A stretch of 64,000 nt of DNA from Candidatus Sumerlaeaceae bacterium (GTDB lineage: Bacteria; Sumerlaeota; Sumerlaeia; Sumerlaeales; Sumerlaeaceae): positions 52,171 to 116,170 of the forward strand of contig JBPCLP010000035.1 of the NCBI GenBank assembly GCA_051003195.1, in the 5' to 3' direction. The notes beneath the pieces were generated by a model. The model was not told where the DNA came from. It searched no databases and saw only the letters and a program-made list of their open reading frames with translations. Below are positions 31,722 through 42,065 of the stretch, piece by piece (within the stretch, counting starts at the first letter, position 1; each line of letters begins with the position of its first letter). The translations under genes and the position numbers were made by a program.

Positions 31722-33666
31722 GCAGCGCGCTTCTGCGCTCATTCTTTCGCTTGCCATGGCGACGATCCTTCTCGGGTCGGTTGCAGCAATGCTCTATGCC
31801 ATGCGTAACTCAATCAGAGCTTCGGATGACCGTATTGCTTATGAAGAGAACTACCATTGCGCAATGAGTGGCCTGGCAGCCGCCAAGTACTGGCTGTTCA
31901 AGCACGGTGTGCCAGCCAAGGCGCAGCTGGCCGGAACCATGGGTAATACCATCGATGCTCTTGCGTCGGGTTCCGTAAACTTATCCAATTACGTCCGCGA
32001 AAACGCAACGGGTTCGAACACGCCTTATACCATGAGTGGCCAGGCAATTTTGCAAAAATACACGCAGGCCGTTTCCACTCTTGGAACTGGAGATCCGGCT
32101 TTGCCAGGCGGCAGGAGAGTGCTGGCTCAGCTTGGGTCGGACGATTCAAAACTTATCTTTCTTCGCAGAGACGTCCCGGAGATGAACACGCAGGATCTTT
32201 TTGAAGGAACCGATACTCCCCGATCTTACGTTAGCAAAATCAGATTTACAACCCCTTACGGAAACGATGACCCGACTAACTACCAGCCGGACGACCTGCG
32301 CAGGGTCAGCATAATCGTCGAAGCGACTGCCGTCACGAAGGGCCAGGGAGTTAAAAAGGTTAGAACTCTGCAGCAGAAGCTGCTGGTTGTCCCCGTTCAC
32401 GGCGAAAGTGAAGATCCCATACTGGGCCCGGTTGCAGGGGTCGCATTCGGCGGTGGTGCGGTGACAGTCACGGGCGTCAGTAGCCTTAAGATTCACTGGG
32501 GGCCGGTTTGGAGCAAGGCGAACATCGAGCTGCTGCAATTGGCCTTCACCCCAACTGCCGGTACTGCCGTGAAGACGCTGGCCGCCGGTAGCGATCAACA
32601 GGGAAAGTTCTACGGTGCGGGCACGTTGAACGATGGCCTTTTTGAGAAATGGGTCAAGTATCAGACAGCGGGCCTGTTTACCACCACGGGTGGGACGCCC
32701 ATCTTTAAAGACTCCGCTTCGACCAGTTTGACCAATCCAACCATAAACGGGGTGCCCGTGAAAGATCTTTTTGTCCAGATCGTGAACGGTTCTTTTGGAG
32801 CCAACTGGGGATCCGGTACGAACAATAAGCTTCGGCTGGACGGGGTTTACAAGGATACATATAAAACGGCGGCTGGCGTATGGGCGGGCGCCGGACTTGG
32901 ACCCGGGATACTTTACGACAACCTCGGTGCAGGACAAAACCAATACACGACGGGCACCGGAGCGCTTGTGCAGCGCGACGCCAGCATGATCGGTAAAGTT
33001 GACAATCTGATTAATACGCAGTTGGATTATAATACCTGGAAGCAATTCGCAATCGCCAATAACAGCTACATACGGCCCGCAAATACCGGAAATGGTTTTG
33101 TTAACCAAGTTGGACAGACCTTGTATGTGACCCCTGCCAGGACGCTTTCGACCTCACCCACCGGAAACAGTGCCCTCACAGATCTGAAACAGATCAGCAT
33201 TCCGACAAGCTTGATTCCGGCCGATGGAAATACTGCAAAGTTGCGGGATCGCATATTGTTTATCGACAATAAGCCCAATGGCCAGTTTGGCAGCGTCGCG
33301 ATAAAGTCTGGATTCTTCTGGAAGGGGCTCATGTATGTGCACGGCGGTGTGGACATCCAGGGCGCAGGTGCGTCTGGTAACGTTCTGTTGAAGAATCCCG
33401 ATGAGTACAAAACCGATCCAACCGGGTCATCGACCGGCACGAAAATCGGCAATATCATCATGGACGGTGTCATGCTGGTCGAAGGAACCTTAAGCCGCTC
33501 CGGTAACGCGGCCATTTACGGTTCGTTGGTTGCAAAGGGCGGATATAGTGGTAACGGAACGGTGGATATTTATTATAACTCACGAAATGCAGGCGGCCTT
33601 TTCAAAGAGGTTGTGGACGACCAGACGATTTCGCAAATCATCACCGGGCCAACCATGGAAATTTAG
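31672..33666 (+). CDS. Large PilX/GspK-like pilin with Gly/Thr-rich beta-helix-like C-terminus
   Basis: QRASALILSL N-terminal helix lacking E5; AMSGLAAA; C-terminal GLMYVHG, GVMLVEG, IYGSLVAKG, DIYYN. Start uncertain (alternative TTG 31705). Confidence 0.72.
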   Translation: MGTRTQPLHLCLVWRSKQRASALILSLAMATILLGSVAAMLYAMRNSIRASDDRIAYEENYHCAMSGLAAAKYWLFKHGVPAKAQLAGTMGNTIDALASGSVNLSNYVRENATGSNTPYTMSGQAILQKYTQAVSTLGTGDPALPGGRRVLAQLGSDDSKLIFLRRDVPEMNTQDLFEGTDTPRSYVSKIRFTTPYGNDDPTNYQPDDLRRVSIIVEATAVTKGQGVKKVRTLQQKLLVVPVHGESEDPILGPVAGVAFGGGAVTVTGVSSLKIHWGPVWSKANIELLQLAFTPTAGTAVKTLAAGSDQQGKFYGAGTLNDGLFEKWVKYQTAGLFTTTGGTPIFKDSASTSLTNPTINGVPVKDLFVQIVNGSFGANWGSGTNNKLRLDGVYKDTYKTAAGVWAGAGLGPGILYDNLGAGQNQYTTGTGALVQRDASMIGKVDNLINTQLDYNTWKQFAIANNSYIRPANTGNGFVNQVGQTLYVTPARTLSTSPTGNSALTDLKQISIPTSLIPADGNTAKLRDRILFIDNKPNGQFGSVAIKSGFFWKGLMYVHGGVDIQGAGASGNVLLKNPDEYKTDPTGSSTGTKIGNIIMDGVMLVEGTLSRSGNAAIYGSLVAKGGYSGNGTVDIYYNSRNAGGLFKEVVDDQTISQIITGPTMEI

Positions 33667-33714
33667 CCGGTCAGCATTAATAGCGCGCCCTGGTCTCAGT
33701 TCAAAGGAAGTAAG

Positions 33715-34635
33715 TTGATTACAAGCGCCGCGGAAACGCGCCTGGTGTCCATTCTTCCTTCCGATCCAGCGAATCTCTGGGTCAGGGATCTTCGCAATGG
33801 TGAACTACGCACATACCAGGTAAGCAGGGCTGAGCGCCTAACGGTGTACGGCGGCACAGAGGACCATTTTGCTTTAGTGCATCATTATGGAAATGGCAAA
33901 ATCGATATTACCGCGCATACTTTTGACAAAGTGCCTGAGGTAGTATCGGCACTTCATATGGATGCGATGGGCCAGCGCTTCGAAGGCCCGCAGGAAGTAT
34001 GGAAACACCTTCCCATTGCCTATCTATTTGCCGGCAGGAATCGGTATAATACTCTCGAAACACAGGTGCTTGTTGTGGATGCGTCCCGACGCCACGCAAC
34101 CGCATATACATTTCCATCGGAAGCCGACTTGTTGCTCGGCGACACTGGAAGTATGGAAGGCGTTGCGGAAGCTAACGGAGGCCCGCTATTGATCAGCACG
34201 GACAAGGGTGGTGTCTACCTTGTGAATCCTTTCCGCTGGAAAGCAATGCAAACCGTTGTTGAGAAAGGCACGGCAACATGCGCATGTGCAGTATCTTATC
34301 GGCATAAAGAAAGCGAGTTTTGGGTTGCAGACGCAAACCGGATCATTCGTCTGCGGAAAAGGATGCTTCGCCCCTGGTCACCCGTGGGGGAGTTGCCGAT
34401 ATCCGCGGGCTCAAGTGGGGAAAAGTTGCAGCGGGTGGCCATCTCCTTTAGTGCCTCCGGCAATATGGCCGTCGTGATCCGGCCAGATCGGCAGGAGGCG
34501 ATTGTGGTCGATTGTACTACTTTTGCCGTAGCCCGAAGGTTAGCCTGGCGAGGTGCAGAGCAGGCAACAACCGTACTTAACAGCGGTAGAATTGTCGGGC
34601 GCGAGCCTGCAACCGGGGAATTATTGGAAGCATAA
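33715..34635 (+). CDS. Hypothetical beta-rich (propeller-like) protein
   Basis: Long ORF with AAGGA upstream; repeated short beta-strand pattern. Confidence 0.55.
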   Translation: MITSAAETRLVSILPSDPANLWVRDLRNGELRTYQVSRAERLTVYGGTEDHFALVHHYGNGKIDITAHTFDKVPEVVSALHMDAMGQRFEGPQEVWKHLPIAYLFAGRNRYNTLETQVLVVDASRRHATAYTFPSEADLLLGDTGSMEGVAEANGGPLLISTDKGGVYLVNPFRWKAMQTVVEKGTATCACAVSYRHKESEFWVADANRIIRLRKRMLRPWSPVGELPISAGSSGEKLQRVAISFSASGNMAVVIRPDRQEAIVVDCTTFAVARRLAWRGAEQATTVLNSGRIVGREPATGELLEA

Positions 34636-34820
34636 GGCCTGTCGGGTTTCCGTACGCTATGCTATGTGGTTTACCTTTAGTTCGTTGGCAGGTTCTGTCT
34701 GCCGAATGAGCGCAGAATCACATGTATACGTGGATAGGAACTTCTGATTCGGCACACCAGGATTGATTTGGCATTGGTATCGTAGCACCACATTTACTGA
34801 TAACACGATCGGATGCAGAA

Positions 34821-36035
34821 TTGCTCGGACCCATTGACCCACGTGACCGGCAGCTCGCGAAAACGCTGCTCAAGTACTCCACCAAAGCACAGCCGGGTGA
34901 GCTCGTATTCATTATGTGCTCAGGGCTGGAGACGCTCGGCCTGGGTGCGGCATGCGTCGAAGAAGCCGCACGTATGGGCGCCGCGCCGTATCTGCAAATT
35001 GTCGACCCAGAGATACAGCGTCTGCTGATGCACAGTGGCAACGAAGGCGTTTTCAGGCGGCTCGGCCGATTCGAGCTGAAACAGATGAAGGACGCCGACT
35101 GTTTCATTGGCATCCGCGGCACCGCGAACGCATTTGAACTTTCAGATGTACCGGCCAGGCAGATGGAATTCAATAACCGCCACATCGTAAAACCCGTGCA
35201 CCTGGAGGAACGCGTAAAACGAACGCGCTGGTGCGTCTTGCGCTATCCCAATCCCGCGATGGCGCAGCTTGCAAAGCAGAGCACCAGTGCCTTCGCGGAT
35301 TTTTATTACCGCGTCTGCCTGGTCGACTACGCGGAGATGGCGCGCGCTGTAAAGCCGTTGCAGCGCCTTATGGAACGCACGAGCGACGTCCACATTATCG
35401 GCCCCGGTCAGACCGACCTGCGATTTTCTATTAAAGACATCCCGGTAATCCCATGTTGCGGCGAAATGAACATACCCGATGGGGAGTGCTTTACCGCGCC
35501 GGTACGCAATAGTGTGAACGGCACGGTTCAGTTCAATGCGCCCAGCGTCTGGGAGGGGACCGCATACGAAAATTTATCGCTTACATTTCACGACGGAAAG
35601 ATCGTGGATGCCACCGCCGCCGACGCGGCGCAGACCAGGCGCCTGAACCACGTTCTGGACCAGGACGCCGGCGCCCGGTTCGTCGGCGAGTTTTCCATCG
35701 CCTTCCATCCCCAAATTCTGGAACCCATGCGCGACATCCTTTTCGACGAGAAGATCGCAGGTAGTTTCCACATGGCCATGGGCCAGGCCTACGATGAAGC
35801 CAGTAATGGAAACAAGAGCACTATCCATTGGGACATGGTCTGCATCCAGCGGCCCGAATATGGCGGTGGCGAAATCTACTTCGACGGAGAACTGGTTCGC
35901 AGGAACGGAATGTTTCTACCAAAGGAACTCCAAGGGCTGAACCGGCGGAAAGGAAGAGCGAAGAGCGAAGGCCGAAGAGCGAAAGAAACGCGAGTTCGTA
36001 GTCTCAAAAAGGCACATACCACGCAAAAGAAGTAA
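34821..36035 (+). CDS. Aminopeptidase, M29 (AmpS/PepS/AmpT)
   Basis: NIPDGECFTAP, LFDEKIAGSFHMAMG, IHWDMV. Confidence 0.93.
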   Translation: MLGPIDPRDRQLAKTLLKYSTKAQPGELVFIMCSGLETLGLGAACVEEAARMGAAPYLQIVDPEIQRLLMHSGNEGVFRRLGRFELKQMKDADCFIGIRGTANAFELSDVPARQMEFNNRHIVKPVHLEERVKRTRWCVLRYPNPAMAQLAKQSTSAFADFYYRVCLVDYAEMARAVKPLQRLMERTSDVHIIGPGQTDLRFSIKDIPVIPCCGEMNIPDGECFTAPVRNSVNGTVQFNAPSVWEGTAYENLSLTFHDGKIVDATAADAAQTRRLNHVLDQDAGARFVGEFSIAFHPQILEPMRDILFDEKIAGSFHMAMGQAYDEASNGNKSTIHWDMVCIQRPEYGGGEIYFDGELVRRNGMFLPKELQGLNRRKGRAKSEGRRAKETRVRSLKKAHTTQKK

Positions 36036-36114
36036 CAATGGCGCATCAAACGCTGACTGAACACGATCAGTACAAATTGGTAATTGAGACAGCCATACTG
36101 AACGGAGTGGTCCC

Positions 36115-36303
36115 ATGAAGAAGAAGTTCGTGTACTATGAAGAAGATGGCGCCTTGATCGGCTGGCTAGAGGAATTTCCTGACTACAGAACTCAAGGTGC
36201 AAGCATCGAGGAGCTTAAAGAAAACCTGTTGGACCTTTATAGAGACCTGACATCCGCTCTCATTCCATCTCTAAGAAAAGTTGGCGAGCTGGTTATCGCT
36301 TGA
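36115..36303 (+). CDS. hicB: Short HicB-family antitoxin (intact, no DNA-binding domain)
   Basis: GWLEEFPDYRTQGASIEELKENL motif; GGAG RBS. Confidence 0.85.
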   Translation: MKKKFVYYEEDGALIGWLEEFPDYRTQGASIEELKENLLDLYRDLTSALIPSLRKVGELVIA

Positions 36304-36474
36304 AGCGTACTGATCTGATTAGAAGGATCAAGAGCAAGGGGTGTGTACTCATACGGCATGGTGGAAAGCACGACTTGGTACCAAAATCCTGCCACGAAAG
36401 TTAGTCAGCCAGTGCCGAGGCACAGGGAAATTAAAGAGAGTCTCGCTCACCACATTATTAAAATGCTGAGCTAA
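36300..36474 (+). pseudogene. hicA: HicA toxin pseudogene (+1 frameshift)
   Basis: TTG start overlaps the hicB stop. Removing one T at 36375/36376 restores MKRTDLIRRIKSKGCVLIRHGGKHDWYQNPATKVSQPVPRHREIKESLAHHIIKMLS. Confidence 0.85.
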
Positions 36475-36480
36475 TCAGAA

Positions 36481-36575
36481 CTACCCCTCCACCTTTAGCA
36501 CGGCCATAAACGCTTCCTGCGGAATTTCGACGCGGCCCACCTGCTTCATCCGCTTCTTGCCTTCCTTCTGTTTTT
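36481..36575 (-). repeat. Duplicate of the lepA 3' end (att-like direct repeat)
   Basis: 36482-36575 is identical to 37568-37661 (94 bp). The copy ends in TAG versus TAA in lepA. Confidence 0.95.
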
Positions 36576-36749
36576 TCAGCAGCGCCTTTCCCGGGCGTAC
36601 AAGCGCAACTCGAACACATTGAGGAAGAGACCGGCGGCAACTGGTATGAATGGGCGGATCACCAGATGAAGGGGTGGCTATGCCCTGCGCTGTTTAAGTA
36701 TTTCGACGCGGCCCCAAAGACGATTTACGTGCGCGCGGAGAGACTATGA
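36573..36749 (+). pseudogene. C-terminal half of a DUF6717-like gene
   Basis: FSAAPFPG...GGNWY...[20 protein letters not shown]-terminal half is absent, replaced by the lepA duplicate. Family recognised from memory. Confidence 0.7.
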
Positions 36750-36759
36750 AGCAAGCAGA

Positions 36760-37225
36760 CTAACCAGTGCCTCGCAATTTCTGCATAAACTGCTCGACTG
36801 CAGATGAGGATTCTCGCATGGTAGAACTGCAGCTTTCGACCAGATGCTCCATTTTATGCCAATCCAAATCGAAAGAATAAGAGTGTCGGAACATGTGCCT
36901 GAAATGCATGTAGTCACGCAGGGTGTCGGCAAACTCGTCGTTGAAAAGCGCAGGTCGGTCGCTGGTTGAAACCGTGAGCTTCTGAAGAAGATCAGAGTGC
37001 CAGGTATCGCCAGCTGGCAAAGCGCCGTCCACTCGTATGGCTATGCGCTTCATTACATTCTCCACGCCGTTGTAAAACCCGTGGAGTACAGCGGCCACGG
37101 CCTGCCAGAGAATCTATATCTGGGTCTGCTGCTCCGGCAGTTTCAAAGAGGCGATGATGCCGCTGAAGCAGTGTATGTAACTTCTCAAGTTCGACCGTGA
37201 TTTCTATTTCAAGCTCACGCGACAC
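36760..37225 (-). pseudogene. HEPN (HepT-like) RNase toxin pseudogene (+1 frameshift)
   Basis: N-terminus (MSRELEIE...DSLA) and C-terminus (AVAAVLHGFYNGVEN...RHMFRHSY) are in different frames, with one extra base near 37102. Span 466 = 3n+1. Confidence 0.82.
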
Positions 37226-37496
37226 GGCGAAGCATGTGCAGCTGGTGCAAGCAGCGTGTAAATGGCGTGTCTTCGTCCAGGTCGACCAGGTCCAAAGGAC
37301 GCCCCAGTTCCCGCTGGGCCTGGCCCATCGCGCGGAAGAAGTTGCGTGGCGGCAATCCGCTCACTGCGAGGTCCACATCGGAGGCTTCGTGCATTGTATT
37401 GTCGGCTGCCGAGCCAAAGACGTAAACCTGCTTAGCGCCTGCAGAAACAAGCGCGGCCGCGGCTCGCCTTATACCATCCTCGTGATTACTTTCCAT
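37215..37496 (-). CDS. Minimal nucleotidyltransferase (MNT) antitoxin, intact
   Basis: VYVFGS...SDVDLAV (GSx10DxD) and LDLVDL. Confidence 0.88.
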   Translation of the reverse strand: MESNHEDGIRRAAAALVSAGAKQVYVFGSAADNTMHEASDVDLAVSGLPPRNFFRAMGQAQRELGRPLDLVDLDEDTPFTRCLHQLHMLRRVA

Positions 37497-37566
37497 TGCT
37501 CGAGAACCTACAATCGTTACGAACTACCATTGCGCAAATGGTTCGTTTTAAAACCGGTGACACAAC

Positions 37567-39366
<1,800 letters not shown>

Positions 39367-39518
39367 AACCGCGCATAAGTACAGATTCGCCGGGAAAAAT
39401 GCTGGTTTGCATGATTTCGGGCCCAGCCATGAAGATCTGCCAGCCCTTAATTTGCTACTGAAGGATTGCTCTACAGGTTCAACACGATACCCCCGGTTGC
39501 ACTTGGATAAGGTCGCGT

Positions 39519-39869
39519 TTACTCTGGGGGCCGAATCCTGATTTTTTGCGGATCGGCAACTACAAGGGCTCCAGCCATGAGTTCGAGCGCATACCGTAGC
39601 AGAATTTGGTGCGAGATCCAGGCCTGCTCCGTCGCAGAAAAGCCCGATAATCGAATGATCCCCTTGTGAGGCGCACCTCTTACAATCGCCAACTCGCCGA
39701 AATCCTTGTCCAAGGTAATTAGAATTCGGCTATCTGATTCTGCGCGCTTCAGGATTTCTTCATCGCCTGGATCTACCGCCCACTGCCCTGCATACTCGAC
39801 GTCGTAACCCAAAGCCTCAAGCTGAGGGAACGCGCCACCCCAGATACAGGAATCCAGTAGTATTTTTAA
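39519..39869 (-). pseudogene. DUF5615 PIN-like toxin with start codon apparently lost
   Basis: Frame reads (TTA)KILLDSCIWGGA...DEEIL...[10 protein letters not shown]. The expected start codon overlapping the antitoxin stop is TTA. An in-frame TGA lies 12 codons upstream with no ATG/GTG/TTG in between. Confidence 0.7.
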
Positions 39870-40123
39870 GCCGCGTAAGGCGATATTGCCGGTTCCACGC
39901 GTTCATGACCTACGACTCGATACGCATACAGCAGACAAGCTTGCACGTCTTCAGCCTCTAACCAGGGATAGCCTCCCAGGATTGTTTCCAGCGAATCTCC
40001 AGCAGCCAACATCCCAAGGACATGCTCGACTGCCAGTCTGCGTCCTCGAATGATGGGTTTCCCCCCAAAAATCTGAGGACTTACAGTAATCCGCTCCAGT
40101 AGTGCTTTCTCGTCCTTAATCAC
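39866..40123 (-). CDS. DUF433 antitoxin, intact
   Basis: RITVSPQIFGGKPIIRGRRLAV...YPWLEAEDVQACL; GAGG RBS. Confidence 0.92.
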   Translation of the reverse strand: MIKDEKALLERITVSPQIFGGKPIIRGRRLAVEHVLGMLAAGDSLETILGGYPWLEAEDVQACLLYAYRVVGHERVEPAISPYAA

Positions 40124-40172
40124 AATAGCTCACCTCGAGCATTTCGATATCTTTAATTATTACGCTACCTCA

Positions 40173-41957
40173 TCAAATAATCAACCGCACCCCACCGAGG
40201 TCTTTGAGCCCGTAAATCAGGCGCCCTTCCGGCGAGCCCATGAACATAAAGTTCACCGGGATACGCCAGCGCTTCGACAACTCCTGGATCAGCTCCGGCG
40301 TAAACTTGCCTTCGATCACTTCAAAGTCGACGTCTATCTCCGTATAAGCGTCATCCAGAATCTCGAGCTCCTGCTTTAACCGGACCGGTATGTCTTCGGG
40401 CTTGTTTACGACCGTGACCACTTTGATTCGGTTCGTGTGCTCATTCTGTATCACGTACTGCATCACCCGGTTCAGGTGCGCAATATTGTGGCCACGCGTA
40501 AAAAAGACAAACTGCTGCGCGTTAATCTCTTCAATCCGGTACTGAATGGATTCTGCGAGGTCTTTCAGGGGAAGCCGGAGCGTCAGAATCGCAGCGCGTA
40601 TAATGTACAGAATCCCGCGCATAATCTCGATTCGCTCCAGCATCACAAAAACGATCAGCACTGCGGGGATAAAGTACTTTAGAAAGACCTTAAGGTAAGC
40701 GGGGTTCATTATGGCGTTTCCATACAGACCCAGCAGCACTGCCGCGATTCCTGCAATTACCGTCGACCATCGCGCACGCGTTGGCCGGGGCAATCGGCTG
40801 CGCATGGTCTTCAGCAGCACGTTGCCTATTCCGAAAAGCGCCATTACGGACAGAAATGAGATTGTATAGACTCCCGCCAACGCCTTCAGGTCGCCATGGG
40901 TAATCAGCAGGACCGAAACGCAAAGCGCAAAAAACAGGATAAAGATTCGATGAGTCGTGCCGCGCCGGTTTGTCTTCAGCAGAAATTGTGGAAGGCACCG
41001 GTCCAGCGTCATCCGTCGGACCAGACCATTCACACCCACATAACTCGTCAGCACGGCGCCACTCAACACCAGCACAGCATCCACTGAGATCAGAGCAGAA
41101 AGCCATTTGCCTCCCGCCATTTGCCCCATGTATGAAAGAAGCGCGGATTCATGCTGATGAACCTGTCCAATCGGCAGCAGCGCAAGCGCGAGCAGCGCCA
41201 TCGTCGGATTAAAAATACTGACGGTGACCCACATATTCCGCAATGTCTTCGGGAACACGCCCTCTTCCTGTTCCTCGACAAAGTTTGCCGAACTCTCGAA
41301 CCCGGAAATTCCCAGCAGGGCAGCAGAAAAGCCGAAGAAGAGCGCCATTAAGACCCCATTAGGCGTGGGCGAAGCAAGATTTGCCATCAGTGTGCCTGTT
41401 CCATGCATGAACAGGTAAACGATACCCACAAGCAGCAGCAGGCTGAGCGAAGCCAGGTGCAGCAGAAAGATGCCGATAGCCACAATGGCAGACTCTGCAA
41501 TACCAATGATGGTGAGCCCGGCGAACACCGCCAGCAGGATAATTGTCGCATTAATGACCGGCAGTCCGTGCCACAGCGACTGCAGGTAGTGCATCGCCTC
41601 AGTTGCCGAGATAACGCCCGTGGCCATATAGGACAGGATCGTCAGGCAGGCCGCAAGACTTGCTCGAAACTTACTCGTCGTGTTCAGCAGCGCGTTATAG
41701 GCGCCGCCGTTCAGCGGCAATGCGCCTACCACTTCCTCGTAAATGGATCGAAACAGGTAAAGCACTGCCGCAACCATCAGCAGAACTACGGGCGCCCATT
41801 TCCCTGCGTAGATAATCGCCAAAGCCGAAACATAAAGACACGACGAAGTGATGTCATTCCCGCAGATGGCAGTGGCCGCGAGCTCTTTTAGCCCGCGCGA
41901 CCGTTTATGCTCAGCCGGCAGTGCGATTGCCGGGGGCAACTCTATGTTATTTATCAT
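40173..41957 (-). CDS. APC-family amino acid permease with cytoplasmic C-terminal domain
   Basis: GNDITSSCLYV, GISGFESSANF; about 12 TM helices. Confidence 0.88.
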   Translation of the reverse strand: MINNIELPPAIALPAEHKRSRGLKELAATAICGNDITSSCLYVSALAIIYAGKWAPVVLLMVAAVLYLFRSIYEEVVGALPLNGGAYNALLNTTSKFRASLAACLTILSYMATGVISATEAMHYLQSLWHGLPVINATIILLAVFAGLTIIGIAESAIVAIGIFLLHLASLSLLLLVGIVYLFMHGTGTLMANLASPTPNGVLMALFFGFSAALLGISGFESSANFVEEQEEGVFPKTLRNMWVTVSIFNPTMALLALALLPIGQVHQHESALLSYMGQMAGGKWLSALISVDAVLVLSGAVLTSYVGVNGLVRRMTLDRCLPQFLLKTNRRGTTHRIFILFFALCVSVLLITHGDLKALAGVYTISFLSVMALFGIGNVLLKTMRSRLPRPTRARWSTVIAGIAAVLLGLYGNAIMNPAYLKVFLKYFIPAVLIVFVMLERIEIMRGILYIIRAAILTLRLPLKDLAESIQYRIEEINAQQFVFFTRGHNIAHLNRVMQYVIQNEHTNRIKVVTVVNKPEDIPVRLKQELEILDDAYTEIDVDFEVIEGKFTPELIQELSKRWRIPVNFMFMGSPEGRLIYGLKDLGGVRLII

Positions 41958-42065
41958 CGAAGCAGCGAGATGTAAGCGACCTCAAAACACGCTGGTCCAG
42001 AAGAATGCAAAGCCCCTAACAATTGTCTCGAGTCGCACTTGAACGACGTGTCGAGCGGCTCCTCT

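Noticed and set aside
36032..36100. Integron attC site before hicB
   Set aside because: It starts with TAACAA, but there is no matching GTTRRRY end or convincing long stem, and no intI.
37519..37556. Bulged hairpin between lepA and MNT as a recombination site
   Set aside because: Short and single-copy. It is equally explained as a terminator or operator.
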